Assembly: GCA_051971635.1 (NCBI GenBank)
Contig: JBFPLN010000001.1
Coordinates: 1-64,000, forward strand
DNA length: 64,000 bases
Origin: Candidatus Atelocyanobacterium thalassae
GTDB taxonomy: Bacteria; Cyanobacteriota; Cyanobacteriia; Cyanobacteriales; Microcystaceae
Direction of reading: 5' to 3'
Position 1 is the stretch's first letter. Every line of letters begins with the position of its first letter. The position numbers were made by a program, and so were the translations under genes. Under the pieces are notes generated by a model. That model was not told where the DNA came from. It saw only the letters and a list, made by a program, of their open reading frames with translations, and searched no databases. Positions 29,824 through 41,939 of this stretch are shown here, piece after piece.

Positions 29824-31620
29824 ATGTTAAATTTATTGACTAAATCTTTTAAAATTATTCCAGTAACTTTAGGAACTTGTCTTTTGGTTACATCAGGAGT
29901 AACAGCTACAACTACCGAACTTAAAATTCAAAAGACTAAAATAAATACTGTCTCTTCTGAAGAAGCATTAGGCGTATTGAAAAATCGTCCGCAGCTCAAG
30001 ATACCAGTTAGTCAGGGTAATATAAAACAATTTAGAGATACGACTTTTAGCGATAATATGTCTCAGGTAACTAATATATCTGAGCTACAGGACGTTTCAC
30101 CTACCGATTGGGCATACGAAGCACTCAGAAGTCTTGTTGAACGGTATGGTTGTATAGTGGGTTATCCTGATCGTACTTTTAGGGGTAACCATCCCACTTC
30201 TCGTAATGAATTTGCAGCTGGTCTAAACTCTTGTTTAAATACTATCGAAAGATTATTGCAAGAAAATGTAGCTGTTTTAAGAGAAGATATTGAGAAATTG
30301 AAACGTTTATCTCAAGAATTTGAACAAGAATTAATTGCTTTAGGCTCAAGAATTAGTAATCTTGAGGCAAGAGCTGCCTTTCTTGAAGATCACCAGTTCT
30401 CAACTACCACAAAATTAAAAGGTGAAGTTTTATTTACCCTTTCTTCAGCTGCAGGAGAAAGAGCACTAGATTTTCGCGAACAAGATTTATTGAACCAAGG
30501 CAAACTACCTGAAGAACGTCGCCGTATTGATGATAATGCGACTTTAGGCTATAGAACAAGGTTATTTTTAAGTACCTCTTTTTCAGGAAAGGATCTATTA
30601 AGAACTCGTATTCAGGCTGGCAGTATTCCGAATCTTAAGGAATTTACAGGAACTGAGATGACTCGTTTAAGCCATGATGCCCAACAAAGTGGTAACGCTG
30701 TTGTTAACAAGTTATATTATCGCTTTCCTACTGGTAATTTCACAACTTGGGTCGGTGCAGAAAATTTAGAGATAAATGATATTTTTGATGAAGGTAATCC
30801 TTTTTTAAAAAGTTCAGGTACCGGTGCACTATCAAGATTCGTACGTCGTGATCCCTTAACTATGAGAGGCCCAGAAGGCATTGGTGGTGGTTTTGCCTAT
30901 AAGTTTAATGATATGTTCACGCTTAGAGGTCTTTATCTATCTAAAGATGGTAATAAGCCTTCTCTTGGTAACGGTCTATTTAATGGTAATTTTACAGCTG
31001 GAACCCAATTAGCGTTTAAGCCAATAGATTCAGTTTCATTAAATTTTCATTTTCTTCATTCTTATTTTAAATCTAATGATGTTAACATTAGTTCTTCAAC
31101 AGGAAGTTATGTTGAGAATCATTTCCGCTCTGGATCTATTAAAAATAAAATAGGACGAGGTATTGGCAGAGATCCGTTTTTAGGTGCTCCTACTATTAGA
31201 GATAGTTACGGAGCAAATGGTAATTGGCGCATTAACAACACGTTTAACTTAACAGCTTGGGTTGGATATTCTTTAGCAAGAGCACAAGGACATGATTCAT
31301 CAAGAGCTAGTCGTCGTGGTTTTGGAGCAGATTACTGGTCATGGATGACTGCTCTCTCCGCAGTAGATTTCTTTAAAGATGGAGCTGTTTTATCATTAGC
31401 AGGTGGTGCTCTTCCTAATTCCAGACGAATTGATGCTATTCCAGGAGATTTGACCATTCCCGATCAGGATACTCCTTACATAGTTGAGGCTCAATATAAA
31501 TATCCAGTTAATGACAATATTCTTTTAACTCCTGGATTTTATGTAATATTACAGCCAGATGGAAACAATTTAAACAATAGTATTTGGGTTGGTGCTTTAC
31601 GAACTACCTTTCTATTTTAA
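29824..31620 (+). CDS. SLH-domain OprB-type outer-membrane porin (SomA/B, 'iron uptake porin' family)
   Basis: DVSPTDWAYEALRSLVERYGCIVGYPD SLH domain, QFSTTTKLKGE, C-terminal GALRTTFLF; GAGGA 8 nt before ATG 29824. Confidence 0.93.
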   Translation: MLNLLTKSFKIIPVTLGTCLLVTSGVTATTTELKIQKTKINTVSSEEALGVLKNRPQLKIPVSQGNIKQFRDTTFSDNMSQVTNISELQDVSPTDWAYEALRSLVERYGCIVGYPDRTFRGNHPTSRNEFAAGLNSCLNTIERLLQENVAVLREDIEKLKRLSQEFEQELIALGSRISNLEARAAFLEDHQFSTTTKLKGEVLFTLSSAAGERALDFREQDLLNQGKLPEERRRIDDNATLGYRTRLFLSTSFSGKDLLRTRIQAGSIPNLKEFTGTEMTRLSHDAQQSGNAVVNKLYYRFPTGNFTTWVGAENLEINDIFDEGNPFLKSSGTGALSRFVRRDPLTMRGPEGIGGGFAYKFNDMFTLRGLYLSKDGNKPSLGNGLFNGNFTAGTQLAFKPIDSVSLNFHFLHSYFKSNDVNISSSTGSYVENHFRSGSIKNKIGRGIGRDPFLGAPTIRDSYGANGNWRINNTFNLTAWVGYSLARAQGHDSSRASRRGFGADYWSWMTALSAVDFFKDGAVLSLAGGALPNSRRIDAIPGDLTIPDQDTPYIVEAQYKYPVNDNILLTPGFYVILQPDGNNLNNSIWVGALRTTFLF

Positions 31621-31632
31621 TTAGCAAATCTA

Positions 31633-31787
31633 TTGGAGCAAGTACAACTTGCCCCAAAGTTTGTCTAGATGTATTAAGTTAAGTGTCGCTAGCTAAACTT
31701 CTATTACTTTAGAAATCACCACATTTCATAAAAATAAATAAAATAATGGAACTCAATTTAGCAAATTAGGAGTTCCATTATTTTTTT
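31633..31787 (+). terminator. Two tandem hairpins after the porin gene
   Basis: ttggagcaagt/acttgccccaa (31633-31657), then aaataatggaactc/gagttccattattt (31741-31783) followed by a T run. Confidence 0.65.
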
Positions 31788-32053
31788 ATCGGAATTAATA
31801 AAAAATCAAATGAAAAAATTAATCAATCGTTAAAATTTTTTTATATTTTTAAATTAATTAGTTAAATTTTCTATATATTTGTTTTAAGTATAAAATTTGC
31901 TAGTCAATTTTCCATGAGAAACGTTAACATAAATTAACAAGCATTATTATTAAAGATTTCTTACGTCATAGACGTTATTATTTGCTTAAGTTTTTATTTC
32001 TGATACATTTTACTTAATTCTATCTTCACCCTATTTGAGAAGAGGTTGACAGC

Positions 32054-33910
32054 GTGAACAACAATAACAAAAAATGGCGCAACGCCGGACTATATGGACT
32101 CTTGTTAATTGTTATATTGGCATTAGTATCTGCTTTTCTAGATAATAGCAGTACTCAGAGTCGCGAGAATCTTACCTATAGCGATTTCATTAATCAAGTA
32201 GAAAACAACCAAATTGAACAAGTAATATTAAGTGCAGATAGGACACAAGCTAAAGTTTCAAGCTCTAGCGGCGGTGCCCCTTTATTAGTCAATTTGCCAA
32301 ACGATCCAGAACTTATTAATATCCTTTCTGAAAATAAAGTCGATATTATAATCCAACCTCAAAATAGCGAAGGAATCTGGTTTCGTATTCTTAGCAGTCT
32401 TTTCTTACCTATATTGCTTCTGGTAGGACTTTTTTTTCTGTTACGAAGAACACAAAACGGGCCTGGTTCTCAAGCGATGAATTTTGGTAAATCGAAAGCA
32501 CGAGTTCAGATGGAACCTCAGACTCAAGTTACTTTTGGTGATGTTGCTGGTATAGAACAAGCTAAACTAGAATTAACTGAAGTAGTTGATTTCCTAAAGA
32601 ATGCTGATCGTTTTACTGCTATTGGTGCAAAGATTCCTAAGGGAGTTCTTTTAGTGGGGCCCCCTGGAACTGGTAAAACCCTTCTAGCAAGAGCAGTAGC
32701 TGGAGAAGCTGGAGTACCTTTCTTTTCTATTTCTGGTTCAGAGTTTGTAGAAATGTTTGTCGGAGTTGGGGCTTCTCGTGTTCGTGATTTATTTGAGCAA
32801 GCTAAAAGTAATGCGCCTTGTATTGTTTTTATCGATGAGATAGATGCAGTAGGTCGTCAAAGAGGAGCTGGCTTAGGTGGTGGTAACGATGAAAGAGAAC
32901 AGACTTTAAATCAACTCTTGACTGAAATGGACGGTTTTGAAGGTAATACAGGAATTATTATAATTGCTGCTACTAACCGTCCTGATGTTTTAGATGCAGC
33001 TTTACTACGTCCTGGTCGTTTTGATCGTCAAGTTGTTGTTGATCGACCAGATTATGCCGGTCGAAGAGAAATTCTCCAGGTACATGCTCGAGGAAAAACT
33101 CTTTCTAAAAATGTTGATTTAGATAAAATTGCTCGTCGTACTCCTGGATTTACAGGGGCTGATCTTTCTAATTTATTAAATGAAGCCGCCATTCTAGCAG
33201 CTCGTCGCAGCCTTGCTGAAATTTCAATGGATGAAGTTAATGATGCTATTGATAGAATTTTGGCAGGACCTGAGAAAAAAAATCGGGTTATGAGTGAGAA
33301 AAGAAAAACATTAGTAGCATTTCATGAAGCGGGCCATGCATTAGTAGGCGCATTAATGCCTGATTACGATCCTGTACAAAAAATTAGTATTATTCCACGT
33401 GGTCAAGCAGGTGGTTTAACTTGGTTTACTCCTAGTGAAGAAAGAATGGAATCAGGATTGTATTCTCGTGCCTACTTACAAAATCAGATGGCAGTTGCTC
33501 TAGGCGGAAGAGTGGCAGAAGAAATTATCTTTGGAGCAGAGGAGGTAACGACTGGCGCTTCTAATGACCTACAGCAAGTAGCAAGAGTAGCACGTCAAAT
33601 GATTACCCGTTTTGGAATGAGTGAACGTTTAGGACCAGTGGCTTTAGGAAGACAGAATGGTGGTGGGGTCTTCTTAGGTAAAGAGATTGCCTCTGATAGA
33701 GACTTCTCTAATGAAACTGCATCCGCCATAGATGACGAAGTTCTTCAATTGGTAGATACAGCATATAAGCGTGCAAAAAATGTACTAGAAGATAATCGTC
33801 ATATCTTGGATAATCTGGCAGAAATGTTAATAGAAAAAGAAACAATTGATTCAGACGAATTACAAACAATTCTCAATAATAATCAATTAACCATGGCTAA
33901 ATTAGCTTAA
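32054..33910 (+). CDS. ftsH: ATP-dependent zinc metalloprotease FtsH, FtsH3-type
   Basis: [11 protein letters not shown]-terminus typical of FtsH3, [23 protein letters not shown] start with GAGG RBS. Confidence 0.97.
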   Translation: MNNNNKKWRNAGLYGLLLIVILALVSAFLDNSSTQSRENLTYSDFINQVENNQIEQVILSADRTQAKVSSSSGGAPLLVNLPNDPELINILSENKVDIIIQPQNSEGIWFRILSSLFLPILLLVGLFFLLRRTQNGPGSQAMNFGKSKARVQMEPQTQVTFGDVAGIEQAKLELTEVVDFLKNADRFTAIGAKIPKGVLLVGPPGTGKTLLARAVAGEAGVPFFSISGSEFVEMFVGVGASRVRDLFEQAKSNAPCIVFIDEIDAVGRQRGAGLGGGNDEREQTLNQLLTEMDGFEGNTGIIIIAATNRPDVLDAALLRPGRFDRQVVVDRPDYAGRREILQVHARGKTLSKNVDLDKIARRTPGFTGADLSNLLNEAAILAARRSLAEISMDEVNDAIDRILAGPEKKNRVMSEKRKTLVAFHEAGHALVGALMPDYDPVQKISIIPRGQAGGLTWFTPSEERMESGLYSRAYLQNQMAVALGGRVAEEIIFGAEEVTTGASNDLQQVARVARQMITRFGMSERLGPVALGRQNGGGVFLGKEIASDRDFSNETASAIDDEVLQLVDTAYKRAKNVLEDNRHILDNLAEMLIEKETIDSDELQTILNNNQLTMAKLA

Positions 33911-33923
33911 TATAAGTTAATAC

Positions 33924-33962
33924 AAATAAGGTTGTTAATGAATTACATTAACAACCTTATTT
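33924..33962. terminator. 17-bp perfect inverted repeat after ftsH
   Basis: aaataaggttgttaatg-aatta-cattaacaaccttattt. Confidence 0.75.
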
Positions 33963-34273
33963 ATTTTATAATTCCTAAAGAATATTTTTCGAAAATGAAT
34001 TAATTATATATTTCCTTCTTAGATTATATTGGTTTCTATTTATCAATAGAGCAAAGTTTTCTTTTAATAAAATATTAATCTTAATTTAAGATAGGATTTC
34101 ATTTATTAATGAAAATATTGACAATAATTTATAAACAAACTTAATAATTAAACTTGTTATGGGAATTAGTAGTTTCATAACTTAAAAATTTCTTTTTAGC
34201 TTATTAACTAATTCCTCGGAAAATTAAAAAATGTAACTTTTGTAGATTTCATATAGATGACTACTGATTTTCA

Positions 34274-34564
34274 TCAAAAACCTACTGCACTATATGCAGA
34301 TAAACTGTCCAAAATACTTGAGACAAATTGTAGTGCAAGAATAGCTAGAATTGCAGAAATATCAATACCACCTAGTGGAGGTATAAATGAACGAAAAATA
34401 TTAAGATATGGATCAATAATAGGGCTTAAAAAAGACATGGCATTGTATGCCCACTCTGCAGTTTGAAACCAAGACAGTAAAATACGAATAAAAATTAATA
34501 CAAGGTATATATTAAGAAATGTGTTTAGGGTTTGAAAAACTAGCTGAGTGATAGCAGTATTCAT
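34274..34564 (-). CDS. yggT: YggT/YlmG (Ycf19) membrane protein
   Basis: IRILLSWF, DPYLNIFRSFIPPLGGIDIS; GAGGAG RBS. Confidence 0.93.
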   Translation of the reverse strand: MNTAITQLVFQTLNTFLNIYLVLIFIRILLSWFQTAEWAYNAMSFLSPIIDPYLNIFRSFIPPLGGIDISAILAILALQFVSSILDSLSAYSAVGF

Positions 34565-34703
34565 TTTTAATTATTCTCCTCATTTTATGAATATATATTC
34601 TCTAACGATTCTATATCAAATTTAGATAACATGACATGACAAATTTCTCAAATAATTTATAGCTGTTTTAATAATATTACTTTTTAATTAAAAAGAGAAA
34701 TCG

Positions 34704-36449
34704 CTAATCAATAATTTCTATTAGTTGATTTTGTTGCCATAAAGTTTGATAAACTCCAGGTATGGTTACCAACATATCATGAGTCCCAGTTTGCACAATT
34801 TCTCCATGATTCATAACAAAAATTCTATTTGCATGAGCAGCTGCAGATAACTGATGAGAAATGAAGATAACACTTTTCTTCTTTGCATTTGAAAGGTTTT
34901 CAAGAATGCAAGTAGCAGTTTTGTTATCTACACTAGAAAGAGCATCATCTAATATTAATATTGGAGAATCCATAAGTAATGCTCTACTAAGAGCTGTACG
35001 TTGGCGTTGACCTCCTGATAATGTAATTCCTCTTTCTCCAACTAAGGTCTGATATTGTTGAGGAAAATTTAAAATTTCTTGATGAATTTGAGATGTTTTT
35101 GCTGTGTTTATTATTTCAAAAATATTTTTTGTTGGATCTCCATAGCGAATATTATTTAAGATTGTAGTGTTAAATAAAAAACTATCTTGTGGAACATACG
35201 TAATGATTTTTCTTAATGATTTTAAATAAATTTCAGTAAAATCATGATTATCTATGAAAAGTTGTCCAGCTTGAATATCCAACAAGCGAAGCAGCGAATT
35301 GGCTAAAGTTGTTTTACCAGAGCCAACAGGACCTACTATCGCTATAGTCTCTCCAGGATTAATAGTAAAGTTAATATTTTTAATTGTTGGATTTTTTTTT
35401 CCTGGATAAGTATAAGATAAATTTTCTGCTATTATTGTCCCCCTAACAGAGTCAATAGATAGAAATCTATTATTAACTATATTATTAACCTTAGGCTTTA
35501 TTTTAAAAATATTTTCTACCCTATCAATACTAACTTCCCCTCTCTGATAAGCCGTAATAGTAAACCCTAATAAGGCGGTTGGAAATACTAGACGTTCAAC
35601 TAAAATTATTAAAGCAATAAAATCTCCTATGCTAATATTATTTCGATTAATTTCATATGTTCCAAAACTCAATAACAACAGCAAGCTAGCATAAGATAAA
35701 CTTTCAATTAGAGGAAATAAAAAGTTTTCAATCTGGGCTAATTTTAATTTAGCTTTTAATAACTGATGGTTTTTATAGTTAAACTCTCGTTTTTCACTAT
35801 TTTCTTGGGCATAAATTTTTATTAAAGATATATTACTCATATCTTCTTGAATTAATTGACTAAGTATAGATAATTGGTTCTGTACTACTAACTGTTGTTT
35901 TTGTAACTTTTTGCTAAAAATCTTTACTATAACTAACATTAAAGGATAAACAATAACTGCAGAGATGCTGAGTAAAACATTTATACTGAACATGACAGGA
36001 AAAGTTAAAGTATAAACAAAAACAGTATTGATTAAACTGAGTAAAGCAAAGCCTACCAAACGTCGAATATTATCAACATCACTAGTTGCTCGACTAATAA
36101 AATCCCCAGATGTATGTGTTGAGAAATATGCTGGTTCTAAGGTTAATAAATGTTGAAAAATCTTTTGCTTTAAACTAAATTCAACATCACGCCCTACCCC
36201 AAAAATTAACAACCGGGATAACATTCTAATAATCCATGCAATTGAAGCTAATACGAAAATAAGGATAGCAGTCTTGAATACCTGATAAATATTAAAAGTA
36301 TCCCTTAAGCTGTCGATATTATCTCTTATTAATAAAGGTATATAAACACCTAAACTATTAACTACTAGTAATGAGAGCGTACCGATTAATATACTAATTT
36401 TATAAGGAACAAGATAAATAATTAATTGTCGTAATTTTAGAATTTTCAT
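34704..36449 (-). CDS. ABC exporter, fused permease/ATPase (MdlA/MsbA-like)
   Basis: N-terminal TMD, GPVGSGKT, LSGGQRQR, ILDDALSSVD, ISH. Confidence 0.93.
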   Translation of the reverse strand: MKILKLRQLIIYLVPYKISILIGTLSLLVVNSLGVYIPLLIRDNIDSLRDTFNIYQVFKTAILIFVLASIAWIIRMLSRLLIFGVGRDVEFSLKQKIFQHLLTLEPAYFSTHTSGDFISRATSDVDNIRRLVGFALLSLINTVFVYTLTFPVMFSINVLLSISAVIVYPLMLVIVKIFSKKLQKQQLVVQNQLSILSQLIQEDMSNISLIKIYAQENSEKREFNYKNHQLLKAKLKLAQIENFLFPLIESLSYASLLLLLSFGTYEINRNNISIGDFIALIILVERLVFPTALLGFTITAYQRGEVSIDRVENIFKIKPKVNNIVNNRFLSIDSVRGTIIAENLSYTYPGKKNPTIKNINFTINPGETIAIVGPVGSGKTTLANSLLRLLDIQAGQLFIDNHDFTEIYLKSLRKIITYVPQDSFLFNTTILNNIRYGDPTKNIFEIINTAKTSQIHQEILNFPQQYQTLVGERGITLSGGQRQRTALSRALLMDSPILILDDALSSVDNKTATCILENLSNAKKKSVIFISHQLSAAAHANRIFVMNHGEIVQTGTHDMLVTIPGVYQTLWQQNQLIEIID

Positions 36450-36967
36450 AAATTAATAATAAGGTTCCTTATTTTGTAGATATAGTATGCTGAGAATATT
36501 AATAAAATATAATGACATGAAAAACACTTCTCTATATTTTATTAGTGAACACAATGAATGATTAAAGTGTTAAGAATACCAATTAGTAATATTTATTTTG
36601 GTAACAAAATATTTTATTTTCGGCTATGAATCCTAAAAAAAATATTAAATAACATCATTATCAATGATTAAACTTTTAACTATTTTAGAAATTATGAATA
36701 AATATTTTTTATTTTATGAAATGTAAATTTTTTTTAAACTGATTACTTTGAGACGCAATAATAATATTTTAAATATATGTTTTAGATATAAAGACAAGAT
36801 AAGCCTTCTATATAAATAATTAAGCTTAAGTAATTTAATATAAATAGTGTACTGTTTCATTATTTAAAAGACTAATTAAGCTAAAGGAGTTAACATAAAG
36901 AGAGTCATCCTAAAATTTGACTGAGCGAGACGAACTAGATTATTATCGAATTTAAATATTTGTTTCA

Positions 36968-38734
36968 ATGGTTAAGACCCCAGTTTCATCCACCCGTGAA
37001 GTTTCCAGATTAGAAACGATTAAGGAAACTAGTAATTTTTTGAGAGAACCGCTAGCAACCCAATTATTAGAAAATAGTACTCATTTTACAGAAGAAGCAG
37101 TCCAAATTCTTAAATTTCATGGTTCTTATCAGCAAGACAATAGAGATAACAGAGTAAAAGGGCAAGAAAAAGACTATCAATTTATGTTACGTACTCGTAA
37201 CCCAGGTGGTTTTATTTCTCCTCAGCTTTATGCAGCCTTAGATGAACTTAGTAATAATTATGGCAATCACACTTTAAGAATAACAACACGTCAAGGGCTT
37301 CAGATTCATGGGATTGTAAAAAAAGATCTAAAATTAGCAATCTCAACAATTGTCAAAAATATGGGCTCAACTTTAGGTGCCTGTGGGGATCTTAATCGTA
37401 ATGTCATGTCTCCTCCAGCACCTTTTAAGAATAATCCAGAATACGAATATGCTAGGGAATACGCAGATAAAATAGCTGACTTATTAACTCCTCAAACATC
37501 AGCTTATTATGAAATTTGGTTAGATGGTGAAAAAGCTATTAGTGCAGAAGAATCTCTTGAGGTAATAAAAGCTCGCCAAAAGAATATTAAAGGCAAGCTC
37601 TTTGAAAGTGGAGATGAACCTATTTACGGTAAACATTACATGCCACGCAAGTTTAAATGTAGTGTTACTGTACCTGGAGATAATTCTATTGATTTATATA
37701 CACATGACGTAAGCTTGGTAGTTATCACAGACTCTAGCAAAAATTTGTTAGGGTTTAATATTCTCGCAGGTGGAGGAATGGGGCGTACTCATAACAAAGA
37801 AGAAACTTTTCCTCGGCTAGCCGATCCTCTTGGTTATGTAGACAAAGAAGATGTTTATGAATTTATGAAATCAATTATAGCTGTACAGCGAGACTATGGA
37901 GATCGTAATCAACGTCGTCATGCTCGTATGAAATATCTTATTGAAGACTGGGGGTTAGATATTTTTCGTAAAAAAGTAGAAGAATATTTAGGGAAAAAAA
38001 TAGAGCCATTTAAGCCCCTTCCGGATTGGCGATATCAAGATTATCTTGGTTGGTACAAACAAGGAGATGGTAAGCTATTTTTAGGCATTTCTATAGAAAA
38101 TGGTCGAATTAAAGATGAAGATGATTTTCGTTTAAAAACTGCTCTTAAAGAAATTAATAGTAAATATTTTTTACCTATACGCCTAACTGCTAATCATAAC
38201 CTCATCCTTTATGATATTGAACCAACTTCTAAAATAGAAATTGAAGCAATTCTCAAATATCATAGTATTATTAGTGATCCTCAACAATTAGATTCTTTAA
38301 CTCGTTATTCTATGGCTTGCCCCGCTTTGCCAACTTGTAGCCTAGCTATAACAGAGTCAGAGCGGATACTTCCTACTATAATTAGTCGTATTAAAAAAGT
38401 TTTGCAATTATTAGGCTTATCCTCGGAGAAAATTGTTATTAGAATGACAGGATGCCCAAATGGTTGCGCAAGACCTTATATGGCAGAATTAGGTTTTGTA
38501 GGTAGTGCACCAGGAAAATATCAAATTTGGCTAGGAGGTAGCTCAGATCAAACTCAATTAGCCAAGCCTTATATTGATAAATTACCTGACGAAGAAATAG
38601 AAAGTTTTATTGAGCCATTATTATTTTATTTTAAGCAGGATAGACAGCCTGATGAAAGTTTCGGGGAATTTTGTCATAGAGTTGGCTTTGAAGCTCTTAA
38701 TGATTTTTCCGCAAGTTATATACCTATAAAGTAA
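36968..38734 (+). CDS. sir: Ferredoxin-dependent sulfite reductase
   Basis: [43 protein letters not shown]. Confidence 0.96.
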   Translation: MVKTPVSSTREVSRLETIKETSNFLREPLATQLLENSTHFTEEAVQILKFHGSYQQDNRDNRVKGQEKDYQFMLRTRNPGGFISPQLYAALDELSNNYGNHTLRITTRQGLQIHGIVKKDLKLAISTIVKNMGSTLGACGDLNRNVMSPPAPFKNNPEYEYAREYADKIADLLTPQTSAYYEIWLDGEKAISAEESLEVIKARQKNIKGKLFESGDEPIYGKHYMPRKFKCSVTVPGDNSIDLYTHDVSLVVITDSSKNLLGFNILAGGGMGRTHNKEETFPRLADPLGYVDKEDVYEFMKSIIAVQRDYGDRNQRRHARMKYLIEDWGLDIFRKKVEEYLGKKIEPFKPLPDWRYQDYLGWYKQGDGKLFLGISIENGRIKDEDDFRLKTALKEINSKYFLPIRLTANHNLILYDIEPTSKIEIEAILKYHSIISDPQQLDSLTRYSMACPALPTCSLAITESERILPTIISRIKKVLQLLGLSSEKIVIRMTGCPNGCARPYMAELGFVGSAPGKYQIWLGGSSDQTQLAKPYIDKLPDEEIESFIEPLLFYFKQDRQPDESFGEFCHRVGFEALNDFSASYIPIK

Positions 38735-38815
38735 TATTTTAAAAAACTTATAGAATAATAGTTCACCTGTCAGCTTGTAAAGAGTAAAAGCTATTTATTA
38801 AAATCTACTATTGAA

Positions 38816-38860
38816 GGAAATTAGATAAATGAAAAACTTTTTTTCATTTATCTAATTTCC
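38816..38860. terminator. 21-bp perfect inverted repeat after sir
   Basis: ggaaattagataaatgaaaaa-ctt-tttttcatttatctaatttcc. Confidence 0.7.
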
Positions 38861-39246
38861 ATAAATAAAAAAATATTAAGTCGAAAACTAAAAATAAAAT
38901 GACCTCATCATATAACTAGTTTGAAATAACTACTATTTTTCTACAATTCTCAAAATCGAAGTTATGTCTAACCAAACTTTAATCCAATTTTTTAAGTTAT
39001 GTAAGTATTACTATCATTATACTCTAGGTTAAGTTTAATAAAAAAATTTCTAAGAATATTTAATAACGATTTAAATAAAAAATTTATGTAGTTAATTTAT
39101 AGTAGAGTTAATAATACTATAGATCGAAAGATTTAATGAATTCCATGAGAACTTACTATAACAACAAGATTATAGGTAAGATTAAATTTTGTTAATATTA
39201 TCATGGTAGACAAAGGCAAGATGGGCTTTGAATGAATCTATAACTA

Positions 39247-40635
39247 TTGAATGAACCTATAACTATGGTGCAATTAAATACCCGTAAAGAGTTGCGTCAG
39301 CTAATCTGTAATAAATTAGCTTTATTATTAGAGCAAGGAAACCTACAAGAAGCAAAAAAGATTCTTGTATCTGTACAACCTGTCGATATAGCTGAAGCTA
39401 TTGGAGGTTTATCTCAATCAATACAGGTAATTGCTTTTCGTTTATTGTCAAAAGAAGAAGCTATTGCTGTTTATGAACACCTAGAATCAACAGTTCAGCA
39501 GTCTCTACTTGAACAATTCAAACAACAAGAAGTCAGAGATATTGTTGATAGAATGTCTCCTGATGATCGAGCTCGTTTGTTTGATGAATTGCCTGCAAAA
39601 ATTGTTCGACGCCTACTAGAACAGTTAAGTCCTGAAGAAAGGCAAGCAACAGCTTTATTGTTAGGATATGAGGAACATACTGCTGGACGTATTATGACTC
39701 CAGAGTATATTTCGCTCAAACAAAGTTTTACTGTCTCTCAAACACTTGAACATATAAGGACTCTAGCCACCTCTTCTGAAATAGTTTATTACCTTTATGT
39801 AACTGACGCCTTTCGCCATCTTGTAGGTATTGTTTCCTTGAGAGATTTAGTTTTATCCCATCCAGATACTATCCTTGGGAAAATAATGGTAAAAGATATT
39901 GTTTGTGTCAATACTAATGATGACCAAGAAGAAGTCGCACAAACAATACAAAGATATGATTTATTTGCAGTTCCTGTTGTAGATAAGGAACAAAGACTTG
40001 TCGGAGTAGTTACTGTAGACGATGTTATTGATATTATTCAACAAGAAGCTACTGAAGATATCTATGCTTTAGGGGGAGTTCAATCAGATGGTGAAAATTA
40101 TTTTCAAACAGATTTATTAACAGTTACACGAAAAAGAGTTGCATGGTTGCTAATCCTGTTACTTACTAATACTGTCACTGGAATGATAATTAAATCTCAA
40201 GTAGCTTTAATAGAACAAATGGCAATTTTAACTGCGTTTATTCCATTATTGACAGGTACTGGGGGAAATGTTGGAGCTCAGTCATCAACAGTAGTAATAA
40301 GAGGACTAAGTACAAACGATATTAAAGATCTTGGTTCTAAACAAGTAATTTTAAGAGAGTTAACAGCTGGAACTTTATTAGGAATTATCTTAGGAGTTTT
40401 AGCTACGATTTGGGCTTATGGAATTCAAGGAAGTTGGTTAGTATCTATATCTGTAGGTATCAGCTTAGTTATAATTGCAATTTTAGCTTCAATAGCAGGT
40501 TCATCTTTACCCTTTGTTTTCAGAACTTTTGGATTAGATCCTGCTTTGATGTCTGCTCCTTTTATTACAACTATAGTTGATGTAGTAGGAGTATTAATTT
40601 ATTTTTCTACTGCCAAACTTGTTCTAGGATTGTAA
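39247..40635 (+). CDS. mgtE: Magnesium transporter MgtE
   Basis: MSPDDRARL, TAGRIMT, CBS pair, GGNVGAQ, DPALMSAPFITTIVD. Confidence 0.96.
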   Translation: MNEPITMVQLNTRKELRQLICNKLALLLEQGNLQEAKKILVSVQPVDIAEAIGGLSQSIQVIAFRLLSKEEAIAVYEHLESTVQQSLLEQFKQQEVRDIVDRMSPDDRARLFDELPAKIVRRLLEQLSPEERQATALLLGYEEHTAGRIMTPEYISLKQSFTVSQTLEHIRTLATSSEIVYYLYVTDAFRHLVGIVSLRDLVLSHPDTILGKIMVKDIVCVNTNDDQEEVAQTIQRYDLFAVPVVDKEQRLVGVVTVDDVIDIIQQEATEDIYALGGVQSDGENYFQTDLLTVTRKRVAWLLILLLTNTVTGMIIKSQVALIEQMAILTAFIPLLTGTGGNVGAQSSTVVIRGLSTNDIKDLGSKQVILRELTAGTLLGIILGVLATIWAYGIQGSWLVSISVGISLVIIAILASIAGSSLPFVFRTFGLDPALMSAPFITTIVDVVGVLIYFSTAKLVLGL

Positions 40636-40665
40636 TTATCTTGATACATTAAATTTTCAAAAATA

Positions 40666-41757
40666 TTACTTTAATGTTTGACATTGAGCTTGCCAACGTA
40701 ATAAATGATCACATAAAACTAAAGCTACCATTGCATCGACCATAGGTACTGCTCTGGGTAAAACACAAGGATCATGTCTTCCTTTACTAGCTAAAACTGT
40801 TTCTATATTATTGGATGCGACAGTTTTTTGTTCTTTTCCAATAGTTGAAGTCGGTTTGAATGCAGTTCTAATAATAATGTTTTCTCCGTTACTAATTCCT
40901 CCTTGAATACCACCTGATTTGTTGGTTTTAGTTCGTATATTTCCACTTCCATCTATATAGAATTCATCATTATGCTGACTTCCTGTCATGAACGTTCCTT
41001 GAAATCCTGAACCTATTTCAAATCCTTTGCTAGCTGGTAAAGACATTACAGCTTTAGCTAAATCGGCTTCTAATTTATCAAAGACAGGCTCCCCTAGGCC
41101 TTTAGGAGAATTACGAACAATACATTCAATAACGCCTCCTATTGAGTCATTGTCTTTTTTTATATTTTCTATTAAAGAAATCATTTGACTAGCAACTGCT
41201 TTATCAGGACAACGAATAAAGTTATTTTCAACTTCTTCAAAAGTAATTTTATCAGGATCAACTGTTGCTTTTAAATTTTTAACTTGTTTTACATAACTAA
41301 TTATTTCAACATTATTAACCTGCTTAAGAATCTTTTTTGCGATCGCGCCTGCGGCGACTCTACCAATAGTTTCTCTTGCCGATGATCTGCCGCCACCTTG
41401 CCAATTTCTAATTTTATATTTTGTTTCATATGTCCAGTCTGCATGAGATGGCCTAAATTTATTTTTCATCTCATTATAGTCATGAGGACAAAAGTCTTTA
41501 TTACGAACTAAAATAGTAATAGGAGTTCCTAGTGTTAAACCATTAAAAATACCAGAAACAATTTCACAATTATCCATCTCTTGACGAGAAGTCGTGATTT
41601 TACTTTGACCTGGACGGCGACGATTTAAATCTTTTTGAATATCTATCTCAGATATTTCTAAGCATGGGGGACAGCCATCAACAATTACACCTACCATACC
41701 TCCATGCGATTCTCCAAATGTAGTAACACGGAAAAGCTTACCAAAAGTATTACCCAT
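40666..41757 (-). CDS. aroC: Chorismate synthase
   Basis: [30 protein letters not shown]. Confidence 0.98.
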   Translation of the reverse strand: MGNTFGKLFRVTTFGESHGGMVGVIVDGCPPCLEISEIDIQKDLNRRRPGQSKITTSRQEMDNCEIVSGIFNGLTLGTPITILVRNKDFCPHDYNEMKNKFRPSHADWTYETKYKIRNWQGGGRSSARETIGRVAAGAIAKKILKQVNNVEIISYVKQVKNLKATVDPDKITFEEVENNFIRCPDKAVASQMISLIENIKKDNDSIGGVIECIVRNSPKGLGEPVFDKLEADLAKAVMSLPASKGFEIGSGFQGTFMTGSQHNDEFYIDGSGNIRTKTNKSGGIQGGISNGENIIIRTAFKPTSTIGKEQKTVASNNIETVLASKGRHDPCVLPRAVPMVDAMVALVLCDHLLRWQAQCQTLK

Positions 41758-41939
41758 ATAATATTTTATAAATTGAAATTTATTATATTGTAGTGATTTA
41801 AAATGGAAAATCTCATGTATTTTAGATAAATCAATATCTTTAAAAACTATTAATTTTTGATAAATTGATTAAACTTGAGAAAAGAATAAAGCTACAATTA
41901 TTATGGCTGTAACTTAAGCAGCATTGGAGGAAATGCGGG

